From Plasmodiophora brassicae (lineage: Eukaryota), in assembly GCA_036867785.1 (NCBI GenBank), contig CP145425.1, forward strand, positions 620,001-684,000: a stretch of DNA of 64,000 bases, written 5' to 3'. Position 1 is the stretch's first letter. Every line of letters begins with the position of its first letter. The notes beneath the pieces are model-generated. The model was not told where the DNA came from and made no database searches. It saw nothing but the letters and a program-made list of their open reading frames with translations. Both the position numbers and the translations under genes were made by a program. Below, in pieces: positions 60,360 through 64,000 of the stretch.

Positions 60360-63300
60360 TCAGGTGTGAGTGTTGAAAAGCAAGCGCCGCCAGTGCAACG
60401 TTAACAGTCGGGAGCCGTCACGGGACTCCTCGGCGCTATCCGACCTGCAGTCGTGCTTGCGATGCGGTTTGCGTTCCGGCGATCCATCGACGTCGCTCGC
60501 GTGGTGAGGTTTGCAGTTGCACTCCAGGGTTTCCGTCTCTGTGGTCTGATCCGCCGACGACGACGTGGACGACGAGCTGAACTCTGTCGCGGATGACCCC
60601 GGTGCGCCGTCTGATGAGTCCGGGCGGCACCACCCATGCCGGCATTGCGTTCGGGGCCTGCGGGGAGTCGCAGACGTGCCAGCTGGAGGCAATGGGCCTG
60701 GAGCATCCGACGACTTTGGCGCCGAAGTTGCTGCTGTCGCGGGGGCGGCAGACGTCCCTGGAGCATTGGTCACTGGGGCAGAGGATGTAGTAGTTGGTAC
60801 AGCAGAGGTCGGTGTACAAGGAGCCTCTGACGTAGACCTTGCTGGCGGAGTAGACCCTGTTGGTGAGGAAGCTGGAGCAAAAGATGTTCGAGCGGCACTT
60901 GTTGCTGGGACAGCAGTTGTTGATGGAGCAGCGGATGTCTCAGGGGCAACAGAGGCTGTTGAAGTAGCAGACGGTGGTGCTGGAACAGCAGGCGTTGTCG
61001 CAGTAGGAGATGCCGTTGGGGAAGTCGACGTCATTGGAGCAGCGCGGGACGTCGCTGCAATGGTCAACGTAGCGGGCGCGGACGACCTCGCCGGCGCAGT
61101 CGATGTCATTGGAGCCGTCGCTGGTGTGGCCGGCGCTGCCGACGTCGTGGACACGGCTGGCGAATATGCCGCAGGCGTCGTGGCTGGCAGAGAAGGAGTT
61201 GCCGGTGCGGGCGTCGCTTCCATTGTAGTCGGCGCGAGCGTTGTCTGCGTCGGGGGCGCCGGCGATGGCTGCGGGCTACTAGGTGCAGGTGTAGTCGGAT
61301 GGTCACTCGAAGGATACGTCTGACCTGGTGTGGGGACTGGCGTCCCATATTGGGGAGTCGGAGCTTTTGATTCACGTGCTGGAGTCGGCGCCCTCGTCGC
61401 ATACGTAGGCGGCGCCATGGTCGCATGGGGAGACGGCGCTTTTGTTTCATGTGCTGGAGTCGGGGCCTTGGTCGCATAGGTAGGTGGCGCCTTGGTCGCA
61501 TGGGGAGTCGGCGCCTTGGTCGCATGGGGAGTCGGCGTTTTCGTCGCATGAGGAGTCGGCGCCTTGGTCGCATACGTAGGCGGCGCCTTGGTCGCATGGG
61601 GAGTCGGCGCTTTTGTTTCATGTGCTGGAGTCGGGGCCTTGGTCGCATACGTAGGCGGCGCCTTCGTCGCATGGGGAGTCGGCGCTTTGGTCGCATGGGG
61701 AGTCGGCGCCTTGGTCGCATGAGGAGTCGGCGATTTGGTCGCATGGGGAGTCGGCGCCTTGGTCGCATAGGTAGGTGGCGCATTGGTCGCATGGGGGGTC
61801 GGCGCCTTGGTCGGATGGGGAGTCGGCGTTTTCGTCGCATGGGGAGTCGGCGCCTTGGTCGCATACGTAGGCGGCGCCTTGGTCGCATGGGGAGTCGGCG
61901 CTTTTGTTTCATGTGCTGGAGTCGGGGCCTTGGTCGCATACGTAGGCGGCGCCTTGGTTGCATGGGGAGTCGGCGCCTTGGTCGCATACGTAGGCGGCGC
62001 CTTGGTCGCATAGGGAGTCGGCGCTTTTGTTTCATGTGCTGGAGTCGGGGCCTTGGTCGCATACGTAGGGGGCGCCTTCGTCGCATGGGGAGTCGGCGCT
62101 TTGGTCGCATGGGGAGTCGGCGCCTTGGTCGCATGAGGAGTCGGCGATTTGGTCGCATGGGGAGTCGGCGCCTTGGTCGCATAGGTAGGTGGCGCATTGG
62201 TCGCATGGGGGGTCGGCGCCTTGGTCGGATGGGGAGTCGGCGTTTTCGTCGCATGGGGAGTCGGCGCCTTGGTCGCATACGTAGGCGGCGCCTTGGTCGC
62301 ATGGGGAGTCGGCGCTTTTGTTTCATGTGCTGGAGTCGGGGCCTTGGTCGCATACGTAGGCGGCGCCTTGGTCGCATGGGGAGTCGGCGCCTTGGTCGCA
62401 TGGGGAGTCGGCGCCTTGGTCGCATAGGTAGGTGGCGCCTTGGTCGCATGGGGGGTCGGCGCCTTGGTCGGATGGGGAGTCGGCGCATGATGTGGGGTCG
62501 GCGCGTGACCCTGCTGCGGCGTGGGTGCCGGCCTTGGACCGGGACCTGGGTGATGTTCACGACCCGTATAATCCGAACCGTCACCGCTGCGCGACGATTC
62601 GTCACCCGTCCCCTGATGATCACTGCTCGTCGATTCGTCCCCTTTCCGACTCGACCACGATTCACCATCATCGGTTCCCCCGCTGGTCGGCTCGTCGCTG
62701 ATTCGAGTGCCCGACGAATGACCGGATGACGTCGTGCCGGTCTCGTGGCCCGATCCGTCTCGCCGGCTGTCGCCGCCACCACTCGACGTTCCTTGATCTC
62801 CAGGACCGCATAACGGCCGCCCTCCCGTATGATAGGAACCCGTCCTGAACGTGATCGGTGGCGGCCGGGGGCAACGGCTCAGCTTGTGCATGCCCGTGTC
62901 CAGGTCCCTACGTACATGCAGGCATGCGACGTTGGCGTACGTTTGGCACGACACCGGCCGGCGAGGGCGTTGGGCTCGCTTACAGGTCCTTATCGGGGCA
63001 GTACGACGTCAGGTGCGCGAACAGTGCATCGTCCAGGTCGCCCAGGTTTGGCATGCCGTGCATCTCGCTACAGTCAGGGCGCACGACATCAGTCATGATC
63101 AGCGGCCGGCCGTCAAGCCCGGCCTCAGCCGCTCACGTGTACGTACAGGTATTCGAGACGTGTGAGACTGTGGAACAGGGTCGGCGGGATCGTCCGCAGC
63201 GGCGTGTCGTTCATGAGCAGCGTCTTCAGCTGTGTCAGGTGCAGGAACGCGTCCTTGTCGATCGTCGTACACGGGTTCGTCTGAATGTTCCTGTTTGCGT

Positions 63301-63924
63301 GGCATGCCCGCGACGTCAGAGGTCGGCCTGGGCGCGTCGACCGGCGTTCCGGGGACGTACAGGAACGTCAACGACGTCAACTTGTCGAACATGTGGCCGT
63401 CGATCGCGGTGACCTTGTTGCAGTCCAGGCGGCTGACCAGGACAGGTGATCAGTCCCCTGCGCCCACTGCATATACTGCCGCCAGCCAGGCCTTACAGCT
63501 CGTGTAGCGACGTCAGGCACGCGAACGCGTCGACGGTGACGCTCGTGATGCCGTTCTCCGACAGGCAGCTACGTACATCCCCGGGTCAGCGAAACGTTTG
63601 CCATCCGATGAGCACGCGACACGGGCGCCGGTACATGTTCTCAATACTGTGGGCGTTCGGCAGCGTGCAGAACCAGGTGGAGTCGATCCGCCCGGTCAGC
63701 CCATGGTCCCGTAGTTGTCTGTTGCAAGGCGTGCCGTTAGGTGCATGCACGAGCGGCGAACGGTCGACGGCAGCCGGTGCGCCTTACACGTCAATGCTGT
63801 CGCCACAACCGCGCCCGTACCAGGTGCAGACGGAGGCCAGCGCCGAGCCAAGCAGCAGGGCAGGCGCCGCAACGACGATACACAGCGCACCAGCTGGCGT
63901 GTTCGCACGGATCATACGCATCAT
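60360..63924 (-). CDS. Secreted LRR + mucin-like Pro/Thr/His repeat protein, multi-exon
   Basis: Leader MMRMIRANTPAGALCIVVAAPALLLGSALA. LRR exons (LSENGITSVTVDAFACLTSL; LDCNKVTAIDGHMFDKLTSL; NDTPLRTIPPTLFHSLTRL). Long open exon with S/G-rich, (HATKAPTP)n and T/A/P/S-rich regions. C-terminal end uncertain. Confidence 0.75.
61345..62510 (-). repeat. Coding minisatellite, 24/27-bp units (HATKAPTP, YATKAPTP, AHETKAPTP) with a higher-order 414-bp period
   Basis: Read directly; the blocks starting at 61783 and 62197 are near-identical. Confidence 0.92.
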
Positions 63925-64000
63925 CACCGCTCTTTAGGTCGACGTTACGATCGGTCGCGCGAATGCAGAATGACAAGCCCGGCGATCCGCGTGTGCACAG

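Noticed and set aside
61106-62782. Long Arg-rich ORFs (558 aa minus, 434 aa plus)
   Set aside because: Alternative-frame shadows of the stop-free coding minisatellite.

Overview
Eukaryotic, GC-rich, gene-dense DNA with short GT-AG introns. The style suggests a compact protist genome such as a plasmodiophorid, but this is inference only. Host genes occupy both ends. Left: the 3' part of TRRAP/Tra1, COP9 subunit 6, a membrane protein and a secreted Skp1/POZ-like + LRR protein. Right: a secreted LRR + mucin-like repeat protein. Between them (~9.36-60.2 kb) is a ~50 kb island made almost entirely of nested transposons: RNase H-bearing LINE pieces, two Ty3/Gypsy families with a WIDD RT motif (one intact copy with a chromodomain), two short-LTR Ty3/Gypsy families, a Ty1/Copia, a Crypton tyrosine-recombinase element, a PIF/Harbinger-type element, and piggyBac-, hAT- and CACTA-like relics. 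Most notable observations: (1) the short-LTR Gypsy families show a covarying LTR/PBS complementarity typical of tRNA-independent self-priming; (2) they share a conserved transmembrane-like module after the protease; (3) one of them is an RT-less but recently mobile element; (4) the Copia PBS matches the anticodon arm of tRNA-Asn (half-tRNA priming); (5) a 36-nt identical hairpin motif is shared by LINE and Gypsy 3' UTRs; (6) a solo LTR sits in frame inside the Copia RT. Family labels (W1, W2, S1, S2) are mine. All calls were made by eye, without database searches.
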